Positions 36,707 to 48,582 are shown, counted from the first letter of the stretch. The stretch: DNA of 64,000 bases from a virus (IMGVR_UViG_3300001580_001418:30081-94080), one strand, 5' to 3'. The notes: generated by a model not told the origin, from the letters alone. Numbers and translations: made by a program.

Positions 36707-37090
36707 TCAAGCCTTCCCTACCTTCCTTGGTGGAACCAGTACCTTGTTACCCTTGACCAGTATCGTTTCAGGATAGACCTCTTGCAGATCTTTCACTTCC
36801 CGGGTCAGCGTCAATGCGGCGCCACCTTCAGGCCTATACTTATCCAACCTGTTCATCATTGCTTCAAGCATGCTTCTCGAATCCTGGTCGCATTTCTCTT
36901 CGGCCCAGTTCTCCGCCCAAATACACAGGATCCTCAGCTCATGCCAGTTGATCTTGATTTCCACGTCCTGACTTATTGACATTGGCAAACCTTTGGACCC
37001 GCACTTCGGGCAACAGCTCACGTTTTTCGTCTCGTCTTCACTGAACTCCCTATAGCACTTCGTACATCTGATCGTCTTTTCCTCACTCAT
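36707..37090 (-). CDS. Zinc-ribbon hypothetical protein
   Basis: CTKC...CCPKCGS. Confidence 0.55.
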   Translation of the reverse strand: MSEEKTIRCTKCYREFSEDETKNVSCCPKCGSKGLPMSISQDVEIKINWHELRILCIWAENWAEEKCDQDSRSMLEAMMNRLDKYRPEGGAALTLTREVKDLQEVYPETILVKGNKVLVPPRKVGKA

Positions 37091-37947
37091 CACACACCTT
37101 CCTTTATCATTAACTCTGAATCCCTGTCCCACTGATCATTCAAAATCCCCGCTCCCCCGAAAAACACCAGCACCACACCCACGGTGACCATCCACACCAC
37201 ACCGATCAATACCAACCTGATCATCTCTATTCCTCTCTTTCTCCCTTGGCCTCAATCACTTCATCCTCTCCCCTTGACTCAGGTATCTCCACGTCCACCC
37301 GATACCTTGTTGCCCGCCATGGTTTTGGCATCCTTGGCACTTTCGTAAACTCCAGGCTGTTTGGTTCTGACCATGCCCAGACATCAACCCAAAGACTCAC
37401 CTTCATAACCGCTCTCCCGACCCTACGCAGTTGTGAGCCCCATCCGAGCATACTCATACCTACAGAACCAAACCCTAAACACTTCCCTTTCAAGCCCCAT
37501 GAGTCTTTCCCTCACCAGCCACCACCTTTTATCCATGTCTCTCCTCTCCGGACAACCTAAAAGACTGTCTGATGTTTTACTGGTTGTCCTACGGACAAAT
37601 GTTCCACTGTTCTATGTTTTTTACGGGCAGATACTGCTTTCAGACGACAACAACAGCAGGGAGTCATGAAAATTGCTACGGCTGTCTGTCTCACCTCTAA
37701 GCTATCAATCAATCGGTCAATCATGCTTAGCAAAGTTCCCGCTGTCCGGTTTGCCTCGAGGCGCGTTCTTCCAGTTGCCAGTCAGCTCGGTCAGCCTGCG
37801 GATCGCTGCCCATACTCTCGTCCTTCTTCTCGATCCGCCCTTCATCCCTGCGAGCATATCAAGGACCTTCAAACACCCTTCTTCCTCACTTACTTTCCAT
37901 CTCAAACGTACTTTAGGCATGTCTGCGACCTCTCTAATGTGCCTTAA

Positions 37948-38685
37948 CTACCCAAATGGCAGCTCTTCCTTGCTACTTTCGGACTCTCGGACACTGTCAC
38001 TCTCCGCTCGGACAACCTCAGCCTCAACTACTTCCTCGCTCGCCTTCTCAATCCTTCTCTCTTCGATCTCCATGACCCTGATCTTGCTCTTGACCATGTC
38101 CAATGCCTGCAACACCCTCTTCCTTGCCTCATACGTTAACGTTTCAAAGCGCTTGCCATCACCTACTTCATCAGGCGGTCTCTTACCCAGGCCCATCTCA
38201 CCCTCAACCTCAAAGGCAAACTTCAGGATCTCTCGGGCCTCTGCAACGTCAGACGTCAAGGTGCGTATCAGGTAGCCCATCGTAATCTCTACCTTCCTAC
38301 CTGCCTTCACTCTCTCCATCTGTAGCTCATACAACTCACTTATCTCCTCAAGGACGTTCAATAGCTTACGTTTCTTGGTCCTGTCTGTTACCTCTGCCTC
38401 TTTAGTCTCTTCAACTTCTTTCCTCAGCTTTTCTATCTCTACCTGTGCCTTCTTCTGCTCGGGCTGGGAATCACCAACAGCCATTAACTCTCTCTCCCTG
38501 GCTACCATTCTGCGCACACTGTCAGTCTTATGGACTAACAGCTCTTTAGCCTCACCCTGAATCCACTTGGCTATGACTCCCGACTTATCACCTGCTCTGA
38601 TCTTTAGCTGCACCTCGGGCCAGCACTTCAGATCTGTAAGCCTACCCACAACTTGCTTGCTACCACGATCGACGTTGTTTTCCAC
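37948..38685 (-). CDS. Putative terminase small subunit / HTH coiled-coil protein
   Basis: N-terminal HTH-like WPEVQLKIRAG..SGVIAKWIQ then coiled coil; upstream of terL; flanked by repeat clusters. Confidence 0.45.
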   Translation of the reverse strand: MENNVDRGSKQVVGRLTDLKCWPEVQLKIRAGDKSGVIAKWIQGEAKELLVHKTDSVRRMVARERELMAVGDSQPEQKKAQVEIEKLRKEVEETKEAEVTDRTKKRKLLNVLEEISELYELQMERVKAGRKVEITMGYLIRTLTSDVAEAREILKFAFEVEGEMGLGKRPPDEVGDGKRFETLTYEARKRVLQALDMVKSKIRVMEIEERRIEKASEEVVEAEVVRAESDSVRESESSKEELPFG

Positions 38686-38995
38686 TACAACCCCCTGTTA
38701 TTCCCACATTTTTTCCAGACAGCCAGCCAAAGAGCCAGTATGCAAAAAGTTCACGTTTCCCCATCGTCTCCGTGTGCAATCGCCAATGCCTTACCTTCGT
38801 CAAGCCTTCTGCCATTCCTTTACCACTCCCTGCTCTCTCTTTTCATTAGTGCTGCAATGCTCCTCTGTGCCTACCATATCGTCTGGTTGAAAATACTCTT
38901 GATCACAACTCTCTTCTCTCTCCAATGCCTCTTCATCTGTTTTAAACCCCCCATGGTCTCGTTATGCAATTACTTGCAAGACATCTACCTTTTCC

Positions 38996-39072
38996 CGGAC
39001 ACGCCTTCTGTCCGTTGTCCGTTCGGACAGCCTGTCTAGTCCGTTTCGGACAGGGCCACCCAACTTCGGACG
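38996..39072. repeat. Cluster of CGGACA/TGTCCG direct and inverted repeats
   Basis: CGGACA 38996, 39024, 39047; TGTCCG 39009, 39016; GTCCG 39039; CGGAC 39067. Confidence 0.75.
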
Positions 39073-39075
39073 TCG

Positions 39076-39447
39076 TTATTCGCCGATATTGATAAAGGCG
39101 TCCCTATCATAGAACGCCGCTTTGTAAAAGATCGACGCCCTAACCTTTCCACTCTCATCAATCAGGTGAGACCACATGGGATGTTCGGTCGCCCTCAGTC
39201 TCCATCCTTCTGGAAGCTTCACGTTAAAGAACAGTTCGTCATTGCCCTTTCCGATGATCTCAATTCCCATCTTCTCGTACTCTTTTTCAATCCATGCTCC
39301 CATAGGATGATTGATCTTAGCGGGAAGCTGGCATGACTGTACCAACTGCATCTGACCCTCTTTCTCCTGTCGTTCAATCGCTCCTGGATTTCCACCCATC
39401 AACCATTCAGTATGGGGACTTTTCGTGGTATCCTCTATCTCCTTCAT
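39076..39447 (-). CDS. Conserved phage hypothetical protein
   Basis: LPEGWRL.ATEHPMWS.L.DE.G..RASIFYKAAFYDRDA. Confidence 0.6.
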   Translation of the reverse strand: MKEIEDTTKSPHTEWLMGGNPGAIERQEKEGQMQLVQSCQLPAKINHPMGAWIEKEYEKMGIEIIGKGNDELFFNVKLPEGWRLRATEHPMWSHLIDESGKVRASIFYKAAFYDRDAFINIGE

Positions 39448-39482
39448 CTTTCTTCTCCTCTCGTCCGCTTGCAATTAATTGC

Positions 39483-39686
39483 TCATCTGATCGATCCGAG
39501 ACAGCACTTCTTAAACTTCTTCCCACTCCCACAAGGGCACGGTTCGTTTCGCCCTACCTTCGGTGGCTTTCGGGCCATCTGCTTCTCCGTTGGCTTTAAC
39601 CCCATCTGTTTGAAAAATCTTCTCTCATCACGGCCAAGCAGCCTTACGTTTTTCTCCGGCACTATCCTACCATCCCTCGTATCCAT
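39483..39686 (-). CDS. SEC-C motif protein
   Basis: [20 protein letters not shown]. Confidence 0.85.
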   Translation of the reverse strand: MDTRDGRIVPEKNVRLLGRDERRFFKQMGLKPTEKQMARKPPKVGRNEPCPCGSGKKFKKCCLGSIR

Positions 39687-42131
39687 CGGTTCCTCCCTTC
39701 TCTACCGGCCATGCAAGGCCTCGTCATGTCTTACACTGTCGGTGCATTTTGATAAATAGCCTGCTCTGGTAGATCGCCACCGGGACCGGCCCCATGAAGA
39801 CAGGTTCTTCCCGGCCACATCGCAGGCATTGGTTTACCCACGCCACCGGACCGGGAAACTTCTTTAAAACTTCCGCCTTCTGACAACTCACAATCCAATC
39901 ATTGTTTGATTTTTTCATTGACCAAGGCCCCCTTTCTACTCAGGTTCATCCTGGGCAGTAAACGCGATCCTCATGTCCTCCACGTTAATGAAAATGTTGC
40001 ACCCATCGCGGTATTGCTCTTCGTTTTTAACCTTCCACTTCGCAAGGGCTATCAGATCCTCAAGGCTCCCCACCTCGATGGTCCACCACTCCCACCCATC
40101 TAACGGACCTCCTTCAGTCTTGAGCTTACAATCAGGCAATGGCGCCTCTTGCAGGTTCCCGTGGACCCACTTCGTTGGGTACTGATCTTCCACTTTAAAC
40201 TTCATCATCCACCTCTTTTATGGCATCAAGTGCCCTAAATAGTTCAAACTGGACTGAACCCTTATTTATCGTCTCATCGGGTATTGCTATCGTTAGCCGT
40301 AAGGCAGCATCTATATGAGACTTTGCATCTCTAATCACCTGCCTCAGCAATTGATACTCTTCAACTATCCCGTTCAAGTATTTAATCTTCGTTGCCATCG
40401 TCCCTCCATGCAATCAGTTGCAATAGTCTTCTACATTAAAGCCTTTCACTGCTTCCAGCCTCTGCCTCGTCACTTCTCGCTTTCCTTGCCTTACGAATCG
40501 TCGCAATCTTCTTCTTCAGCCGCTTCGGTCCATCCAACCCCAACCCAAAAACTTCCCCCAATCCCTTCTCTTGCCACCCTCGGTCTATGAGGCTGGCTAA
40601 ACCCCCAACCCCTTCATAAAACAAGGGCATGTTCCCATTCTTACCTTCCCAAATCTTTCTACCCGCTTCCCTCAACCTTTCCTTCTGTCTTTTCGTCATC
40701 GTCTTTCCTCCTTTCAATTATGGAGCTACATTCTTACGTCTTTTCAATAATCCTATCAGCTCAATCAGAGCCCGGGCAGTCGTGGCAATCGATCCGACCA
40801 CCACTAAACCTTCACTGATAACCTTTCCCCAATCCGTTTTCTTAACTGGAATCGTTTCGGCATGTCTGCTATAGCTCTTAATTTCCACCTTCTTCTGCGT
40901 CAATGGCACATGGACAAACAAAACCACTAACCCAATGCACAGGACTGGCACCCAAAACTTTAGGCTCAAGATCTTTCGTACTCGGTTCATTTCATCATCT
41001 CCCTTCTATTCCACCGGGACAGTCCAGACTCCCCTTGTATCTATCCACGTAATCCAACTTTCAATATCCCAATACACCGTACAGACAGGTGGAACAGGAC
41101 ATTCGTACAAATTTTGATAATATGCCTCTACCTTCTTCATCTCAAATCTCCTTGCAATCAATTGCAACTAATCCCCCATGCTCCATCTCGGCGATAAACC
41201 ATTTTTCCCAACGCTTTCCTTAATGCGCACATCAACATCCTCTTTCCCGTGGTCGGTAAACAGTTTCGCTGCGTACTCAATCACTTCTTCCTTCGATCCT
41301 ACCTTGCTTACTCGGGATCCACTTTTCCCTTCTGAGGCAGTAAGGCTATCCAGGTCGCAAAACCCAAGCGTGTCAATCTCCCCGTGGACAAACAGGTCAT
41401 ACTCTTCGAAGCCAGGGATAACAACTGGCTCTCCCTTAACTTCAATCCATCCCTTGACAGTGTGCCAAACGAAATACTCATCCTTTACCTTCTTCATCTT
41501 CGGTCTCCTCTCTTCCCTACACTGCCCATCTATCGCTTCTTCCTATCGGTGGCCTCTCGATTACCCTTTCAATCAATTCCCCACCGTCCCGCAGTGCACT
41601 TAATTGCAAACACTTACACTGCCCCATCAGGTACCCGCACCCAACGCACTCATACAGCATACGACAACCATTGACCTTGATCTTTTTCACCTTCCCGCCG
41701 CAGACGGAGCAACCCCTATCTTTCCTTCGGTTCTTTCTATCAACTACCCGTTTCACTGCTTCGCTCCTTTGATTCAAAATCGATTTCAGCCCTCATCGCT
41801 TCCATAGAGGATTTGAAGTCCATCTTCATCTTCGGTAACGTATCGTTCAGCACAATGCATCCGCAGACATTGCAAAGCGCCATCCACTGTTTGAAAATAC
41901 ATCCCTCGTAGACTTCGATCTTTACGAAGTCATCTCCTTGCCTAATATCGGTTCCGCAGGTCCTGCACTTTACCTTGCCGCCCATAGTTCACCCCCACTC
42001 TATTATTCCCTGGCGTTCTTTCAAACCCACCCGGGTCGTTTCTTACAGGCCTTCCAGACAGATTTTTAACCTCGACCACAGTTGCTTCCCTGCAGCCAAA
42101 ACATTTGCCTGTGCATTCTCTGAATCTCTTC

Positions 42132-43043
42132 CTACACTCCACTCGGATCTGAACAAGAGCCATCTACCTGCCCTCCTTTTATGATTTTTTGGACAGCTTC
42201 TTGTAACCTTGTCTTATCGTCCTCCTCCATCTTGACCACCAGCTTCATTTTCCTTGCGTCAACCAGAGACTTCATTGCAGCTTCAATGATTCTATTAAGC
42301 TCCGTCGGTGGCAGTGCATCAACCTCCCATGAACTTGCTCCATACTTTTTGATAAACTCCTTCGAGCGTGGATCTTTCCTCTTTGCTGGGTTCGGCGGCG
42401 GGTTATACACCCTGACCTGATCAAGCGTGAGAGCAACTTTCACAACAGCCAGGTCGACACCGAACATCTCCATTCTCTCCTTGATATCCCTCACCATGTC
42501 CTCACCGCTCGGGTCAAAATCACCGAGATACAGTAAAACACCGCTTTTCCCGTCATTCTCAAGAAACCGTCTCGACGACTCGTACATCGCGGATTGAGAG
42601 GAATACCCTCTATTCACCATCAGCGTCACATGATACTTTTTCGCAAGCGGACGCAGAACACCGGCCAATGCATCCTTTTCGACCCACAGCTCAACGTAAT
42701 ATTTCTGGTCCACCCATCTCGGCAGGCGGTAAGAATATAAGGCTGCGTCCACCAACTCTCCGAGATCCTTGAATTCGGTCGGAACACTGGGCACCCGGAT
42801 ACGGTCCTCAATGGCATCCCAGTCTATATAACCAGCAAGACGTGCATCACTCACCAAGCTCGACAGATTCTTGTATGCCCGCTCAGCATTCAGAATGATG
42901 TTTCTACTCACCAATTGATAATATAGCTGTCTAAGCGTCAGCGTCAGGCCCTGCCTTTGGTACTCATCAACGACGTCATTACAGCTCTCTATCAGCTCCA
43001 GTGATGCTTCCGTAAACGCTCTCTCTTTGAAAACCTCTTTCAT
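42132..43043 (-). CDS. Toprim-fold (Topo VI-A/JetD-like) protein
   Basis: LTLRQLYYQLV winged helix; VELWVEKDAL, LYLGDFDPSG, WEVDAL. Confidence 0.8.
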   Translation of the reverse strand: MKEVFKERAFTEASLELIESCNDVVDEYQRQGLTLTLRQLYYQLVSRNIILNAERAYKNLSSLVSDARLAGYIDWDAIEDRIRVPSVPTEFKDLGELVDAALYSYRLPRWVDQKYYVELWVEKDALAGVLRPLAKKYHVTLMVNRGYSSQSAMYESSRRFLENDGKSGVLLYLGDFDPSGEDMVRDIKERMEMFGVDLAVVKVALTLDQVRVYNPPPNPAKRKDPRSKEFIKKYGASSWEVDALPPTELNRIIEAAMKSLVDARKMKLVVKMEEDDKTRLQEAVQKIIKGGQVDGSCSDPSGV

Positions 43044-43271
43044 AAGCGACTACCTTGTCTTCCCCTTGAAAATCTCCTCAAGCTTCTCTTCTTGCCCGGG
43101 CGTTAGATCCCCTTTCGTCTCCATCCTCTCTTTTGTGGACTCGACGAATCCAATCTCCCACTCGGTAAGCTTATCTTCGTCAAGACCGTCAATGATCCAC
43201 TCAAACCTCTGTTGGTCCACCTTTCATCTCCTCAACTACCCTCATTTCTTCATCCACCTCTCGTTCTATCT

Positions 43272-43466
43272 CTACCTCTCCAAGGGGCGGTCAATGTGAT
43301 TCCTCGATGCAACCCGATCGAGCAACTGCGTCACGCTTTTGTTTGTGTACTGGGTCAGCTCGAGTAGCACGCACTTCTGCACTTCTTTCACCTGGGCGAT
43401 GTTGACCTGAACCTTCTTTCCTTCCATCTCCGTTATTTTTATTGCCAATTTGTTTTGATTAATCAT
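43272..43466 (-). CDS. Small protein resembling the HU/IHF N-terminal helices
   Basis: MINQNKLAIKITEMEG...VNIAQVKEV. Confidence 0.4.
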   Translation of the reverse strand: MINQNKLAIKITEMEGKKVQVNIAQVKEVQKCVLLELTQYTNKSVTQLLDRVASRNHIDRPLER

Positions 43467-43978
43467 CCTTTCTCACCTCCTTTTGCTTTGACATCTAAAT
43501 CGAATCGCTTGGCCTCACGTTCCCTTAACCTCTGCACTTCTCCTGCCAAGCTCTGAAGTTCGTACTGCATTCTTGGCAACTCGTGCTCAAGGACAGAAAC
43601 ATAAGTCCAGAGCCAAGCAAGGGACTTCCTTTTTTGAAAATTTATTGCCCTCTTCTTAACCTCAAGGCGTCTCCCCCAAGAATCGTTCTCGTCACTCACC
43701 CACATCAAACCAAAGGGCTTCTCTATCTCTTCGGATTGAATGAGTCCCTTTGGGCAAATAATTGTCAAGGACGACAGGAACCTCGTGTACAAAGTCCATT
43801 TCTTATCTTTATTGAAATCGTTTCTGTCCACCTTGACCTCAAACCCTCGTATCCACTTATGGACTGTGTCAACGTACATGGCGTCTATTCTTAGATCACC
43901 CCACGTAAATTCTGGCACGTAGATATTGTGGAACGACGCTCTCTGAAGCAAAATTCTCTGAATGTCGCCCGCTGTCAC
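43463..43978 (-). CDS. MmcB-like PD-(D/E)xK nuclease
   Basis: PEF..GDLRIDA...GFEVKVDRNDF.KDKKW..Y...GLI..EEI...GL. Confidence 0.75.
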   Translation of the reverse strand: MTAGDIQRILLQRASFHNIYVPEFTWGDLRIDAMYVDTVHKWIRGFEVKVDRNDFNKDKKWTLYTRFLSSLTIICPKGLIQSEEIEKPFGLMWVSDENDSWGRRLEVKKRAINFQKRKSLAWLWTYVSVLEHELPRMQYELQSLAGEVQRLREREAKRFDLDVKAKGGEKG

Positions 43979-45082
43979 TTTGCCTCCCTAACCTTACTGC
44001 ACGAACGGCACTGCCATTTCTTCCCCTTCACCAGGGTCTTCCATCTGCTTGTTTTACATTTCTCACAAGGCCTTGGCTTCTCCATTACTTTCCTCTCGTT
44101 ATTCCGGGCTGCTTCATCCTTTCGGGATTCTTGTATGCAAATCTCTCAAACTCTGAGATTCGTTCTGTGACCCCTAAAATCTGATGGTCAGTACACCCTG
44201 CCTCAATGGAGATTTGCAAATACGTTTTGAGCATGTCTACTGCGAGATTGTCCCTTGCACGAAACAGAATCATTGGCTCGTCATCCGGAACTTCTTCCCC
44301 GTTCGATGTCTTAATGATCTTTTCTCCTTCGATGTGGTACTTCGGGTCAATTACCTTCACTCCTCATCACCTCCATCCATTCGTCTCGCAAACTCCATGA
44401 CCCTGCCTTCCATCCTTTCGATCACGGTTGGGTCGTCAGCCCATCCAATAGCCCACACAAACAAATGCTGCGAGATACACAAGTCCCTGTTGAGCCCGCA
44501 GCGTTCATCTCGCTTACAACCAACACAAAAACTGACCTGCCCCATTCCAATCCCGGCCATCGTCTCGAGCATGGTACTCTCCCCCTTGATTGAAAATGTT
44601 TCACGTGACACGCATTTGCGTAAAATCAGTGCAAAATTTTATCTATGCCATACCTTTGATCTTTCCGTACACCCTGCAGATCGTTTGACCAAAGTCATTC
44701 AAACTGTAGGTCACGTCATAATCTTCCTGTGCCTTATGACAGGCGTTTCCTACCTTGAACCCTACGGGGATCCCACCAGCAAATATCATCTCGATAGGAC
44801 AGCCGTGACATCTGTTCGGCTCAGAAATGAAAATAGGTTTATCCTTCTTCCAACCCAGCAATCCTTACACCTCGTTCCCTTCGACATCGCTTACAGTATA
44901 AATTCCCAAACGCCACAGCCCCACAATCAGGACAAATAGGATGCTTATGAGGACCCACTTCTTGGCAGAGTAAAAATGGGCACGGTCCATCGAATATTGA
45001 AAATTCCACCAACTTAAGCGTATGACCAACGTTTTCGTTTCCCTTATCCATCTTACGAGCCTCTGCTTTATCTCAGCACTTA

Positions 45083-45766
45083 TCATTTCTTATTCAGCAA
45101 CCTCTCCAGGTTAGACTTCTGCCTGATCTCAACCTTCATCTCATTTATGCCACGGATCAGCTTCAACACCTTGGAACCGTCAGGCTCCTTCAATCCATGA
45201 CCCTTGCTATCGGCCCCGATCGTGACAAACTCAGGCCTTATCATCTCAATGATGCGAAGCAGATTCGGCAGATCAAAGTCCATGATCGGCTCCATTGTTA
45301 CGAACCTTCTCGACGGGTAGAGGTTAATCATCGCCCCCACTCTTTCCTCAATCGGTGGTGCCTTCGTCTGAAAACCTTTAGGATACCTATCCGTCTCAAT
45401 TGTTGTTCCCAAAAGAGTCCGCGCAGCTCGTGTGAACACAAACTCACTAAACCTTCCTGGGTTCTTGCTCTGGAAGACGTATACGTTATCGGGGTAGGCT
45501 GTACACCTCATCAGCACTTCATCGATCCATTTTTTGGGCACCCATGGCCCCCACATATCACAGAGATGGCCGACAAAAATAATCCTTCCTTTTCCAAGCT
45601 TGGTCTCTATGTCTTTCTCGTCAAGCCTTACCGAATAATCTTGACCCGACCTCTTGGCCATGGTTCTGGCATAGCAGTAAGGACACTCAAACTCGCAGCC
45701 CTTTATGGGTGACCACATGTGGGATACCCATGGGTACATATTTCCTCTCGACTTTGTCAGCGCCAT
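45083..45766 (-). CDS. DUF5131 / phage gp37-gp68 radical-SAM-like protein
   Basis: WSPIKGCEFECPYCYA, IFVGHLCDMW, FQSKNP, FVTMEP, VTIGA. Confidence 0.85.
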   Translation of the reverse strand: MALTKSRGNMYPWVSHMWSPIKGCEFECPYCYARTMAKRSGQDYSVRLDEKDIETKLGKGRIIFVGHLCDMWGPWVPKKWIDEVLMRCTAYPDNVYVFQSKNPGRFSEFVFTRAARTLLGTTIETDRYPKGFQTKAPPIEERVGAMINLYPSRRFVTMEPIMDFDLPNLLRIIEMIRPEFVTIGADSKGHGLKEPDGSKVLKLIRGINEMKVEIRQKSNLERLLNKK

Positions 45767-45935
45767 CTTCTACTCCTTTCCTCCCCTTTTGAAGCTTCCC
45801 CAAAGCCTCAAGTAATACTTCTTCCGCTTCTCATGGAATCGGATCCAACGAGGCGGAATCCCTCTTTCCTCACAGACCTTCTCTACACGCCATCGATCCT
45901 TCGATACGATATATCGGGCGCCATTCGGTGCAACC

Positions 45936-46394
45936 CTACTTACCAGTGCTTTTCCCATCTAACATCACCGCGCACTGAACCATATTCTCCCACGCAACCT
46001 CTTTAACAATAGGCTTAGGTACTTCAAACAGCCCAAGTGCCCCCTTGAATGGAAAAGGCTTCTTGAACCGGACTGCGTTTCGTAACACAAACCCATAGGG
46101 ACCAAAGAACCAGGGCGAATCGTACTGCCTCACACAATTAATTACATCCACCATGCCGACAATCGCTCCATAGGAAATCTCGTGGTGATGCTCTGACGGT
46201 AGCCCGCGCGGAATAAGAATCCTGTGCTTCTTCACCAAATGCGACAAAATAAATTCTTCTCCTTCGGCGTCCCACTTCTTCGATGCATGAATAAGTAGCT
46301 GGCCTCGGTACTTCGTTGCCCACTTTCTATTCTCGACGTCCTTGCCATTGAAAATTAACCAAGCCCACGGTTGCTTCAAACTGAGAGCTTTCAT
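45936..46394 (-). CDS. ASCH domain protein
   Basis: ALSLKQPWAWLIFNGKDVENRKWATKYRGQLLIHAS...KGALGLF. Confidence 0.92.
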   Translation of the reverse strand: MKALSLKQPWAWLIFNGKDVENRKWATKYRGQLLIHASKKWDAEGEEFILSHLVKKHRILIPRGLPSEHHHEISYGAIVGMVDVINCVRQYDSPWFFGPYGFVLRNAVRFKKPFPFKGALGLFEVPKPIVKEVAWENMVQCAVMLDGKSTGK

Positions 46395-46978
46395 CGGCCA
46401 ATCTCTCCAAGCAGGTATTTTAGGGCACGCCGGACAATTTCTGGATCATCTTTTAGCGCACCGAGTCCCTTGTTGCACCTTCCACATAAAATTCCGCGCA
46501 CTTTACCAGTTTCATGACAATGATCTATGTGCGGGCGAAAACCCCGCCTATCTTTCGGCGGCTGCCCACATATCGCACATGCGCCCTCTTGCTCGGCCAG
46601 AATACGCTCATACTCATCAATATTAATTCTATAATGTTTTCTTAAATGGAACTCTCGGCGGCTCCGCTCCCAACTACTCGGATTAGCAGCAATCCACTGG
46701 CGCATCTCAATTCGAGCACACATTTTGCACCGGCGCGGGTTGGATTTCGACATAAAACGTAAACCCTTACTTTCGCCACAACGCCCACATATCGGTAGAG
46801 CATTCAGCAAATGATCACGATATGCTGATTCAGCCTCTATGCGTCTTGAAAATGATCCTTGAGACCATCCGCACATACAATCAACTCGCCATCCCAAGGC
46901 AGGAGAATGACGAGGGGACAGCACAGGACTTAATGGAACCACATTTCTTCTATGTCCTACAAATGTTCGACCACCCAT
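46391..46978 (-). CDS. Endonuclease VII-family HNH nuclease
   Basis: QEGACAICG...HIDHCHETGKVRGILCGRCNKGLG.LKDDP. Confidence 0.9.
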   Translation of the reverse strand: MGGRTFVGHRRNVVPLSPVLSPRHSPALGWRVDCMCGWSQGSFSRRIEAESAYRDHLLNALPICGRCGESKGLRFMSKSNPRRCKMCARIEMRQWIAANPSSWERSRREFHLRKHYRINIDEYERILAEQEGACAICGQPPKDRRGFRPHIDHCHETGKVRGILCGRCNKGLGALKDDPEIVRRALKYLLGEIGR

Positions 46979-46994
46979 AATTGACCTTCTTGAA

Positions 46995-47072
46995 TCAGTT
47001 CACACCGGCAGCCATCGCAACGCAGACTTGCCCACACATTTTGCTAAACGGGGGTTGAAAAAGATGTTCCAT
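46995..47072 (-). pseudogene. Truncated C39-like cysteine peptidase fragment (25 aa)
   Basis: MEHLFQPPFSKMCGQVCVAMAAGVN*; Q-x6-CG..CVAM catalytic-Cys motif, then a stop. Confidence 0.5.
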
Positions 47073-48582
47073 TCCCCTACATTGTAATGATTGGCGATTT
47101 CTTTATCTCTTTCCACAGCATTGCGTTTATAATAACCAGTAGCGCTTTCATGATTTCTTCAGGCCCCATCAACTTACCCTGCAGGTCTGCATCGTCAAAT
47201 TCATCCACCAAAAGCACCACCTTGACCCTTCCTTTTAAGGGCGACCCAACAAGCCTTTTGACTTCATCTGGAAAATACTGGTCAGGCATAACCTCCTCCT
47301 CTTTGAATGGTGGCGGGGCAGCCAATCCTCAACAATTTCCCCTCAGAATTTGTTTAAGTACAAAGCCACCCCACCACGCAGCTATCCTCCCTTAACGTCC
47401 TTGACCACCTTTTTTACAAAGCTCGTGAGCGCATCAGCAAACGGGATCTCCTTCACTTCTTTCAATATCCTTTGCCGCTCTTCTGCTGTTAGCTTAAAAT
47501 CCCTTAGTCCTTCCACCAGGGCAGCCTTCGCTTCGTTCAGCTCCTTCTTTCCCTGTTTGCTGTTATTCAGCGCCACAAAAATCAAAATGATAAACACGAC
47601 GGTCAAAATCAACAGCCACAAAAACAACGCTCCAACTGGACTCATACCTCTCACCTCCTTTCCTATCCTGGCGTACCAGGATTAGTCGGTTCATCCTTCT
47701 TGCCCCATATTGAGGTAGCCCCTTTATAGGCAAGCCATGTTCCAAACGACAGCCCGAAAATCCCCGTGATAAATCCACCCGTCTTCTCCAAATTCTTCGT
47801 CAAGGACTCGAAAAACAGACTGATAAACCACATCCCATAAACCAAGACGGTCTCACATAGGGCAACAAACCAGCCTTCAATACTTCCATTACGGACAATC
47901 TTCAGCTTTGCCATCAATCTCTCCTTTGAGGTCAACTACCTCGTAGAATCGTTGTTATGTTGCTTTATCGTTAGCGAATGCCTGTAATCGATCAATTAAA
48001 CAAAGATGACATTGGCACTTATCGCCCATGCTAATTATCTTGCAACCTCCGGAGCGTATGGCCCTCCATTGTTCCCTTAGTCGAGCAGCAATGGCAGAAG
48101 GGCAACATAACAAATCACTTGAGCGGACACTTGATAAATCGGTGTCCCGTTCTTCGTTGATCCAAACATCTCCGGGGCGAGAATTTAAACCGTGGTTTTC
48201 TCCTTTAACGGATACCCATGCCATATTGACCCCTTTCGCCTTAGCGTAAATTCAGAGCAAAAAAATCCGTTCACTCATTTCTGGTCAACCAGCGCCTGAT
48301 AAGACCTGTCATTCACGTCCCTGAAACACTCCACGCAAACGTACTTCCTAACACAACCGTCCTGGTCGGGCACCGAGACATGCTTCATCGTCCTCTGCCA
48401 CCACCACTTCTTGCATAAATAGCATTGATCGAAAACCTCAATCTCTTCCCTGTTTTCTTCCTCTACTGTTTTTAATGCCATTATTACCCCCAAATTTGAG
48501 CCGTAGAGCCACGTTTAGACATCGTTAACCCTTTGGGTTGATGGGTTTATATGTGGGTATTTTGCAATCAATTGCATACAGC

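Noticed and set aside
35822-36979. 385-aa plus-strand ORF
   Set aside because: Antisense to three plausible minus-strand genes and crosses an operator cluster; no recognisable domain
36570-39075. CRISPR or mini-array
   Set aside because: Repeats are 6-15 bp, irregularly spaced, with no constant repeat-spacer period and no cas genes
46391-47072. Group I intron carrying the EndoVII gene
   Set aside because: No downstream exon or room for an intron core; the EndoVII stop is coupled directly to the ASCH start
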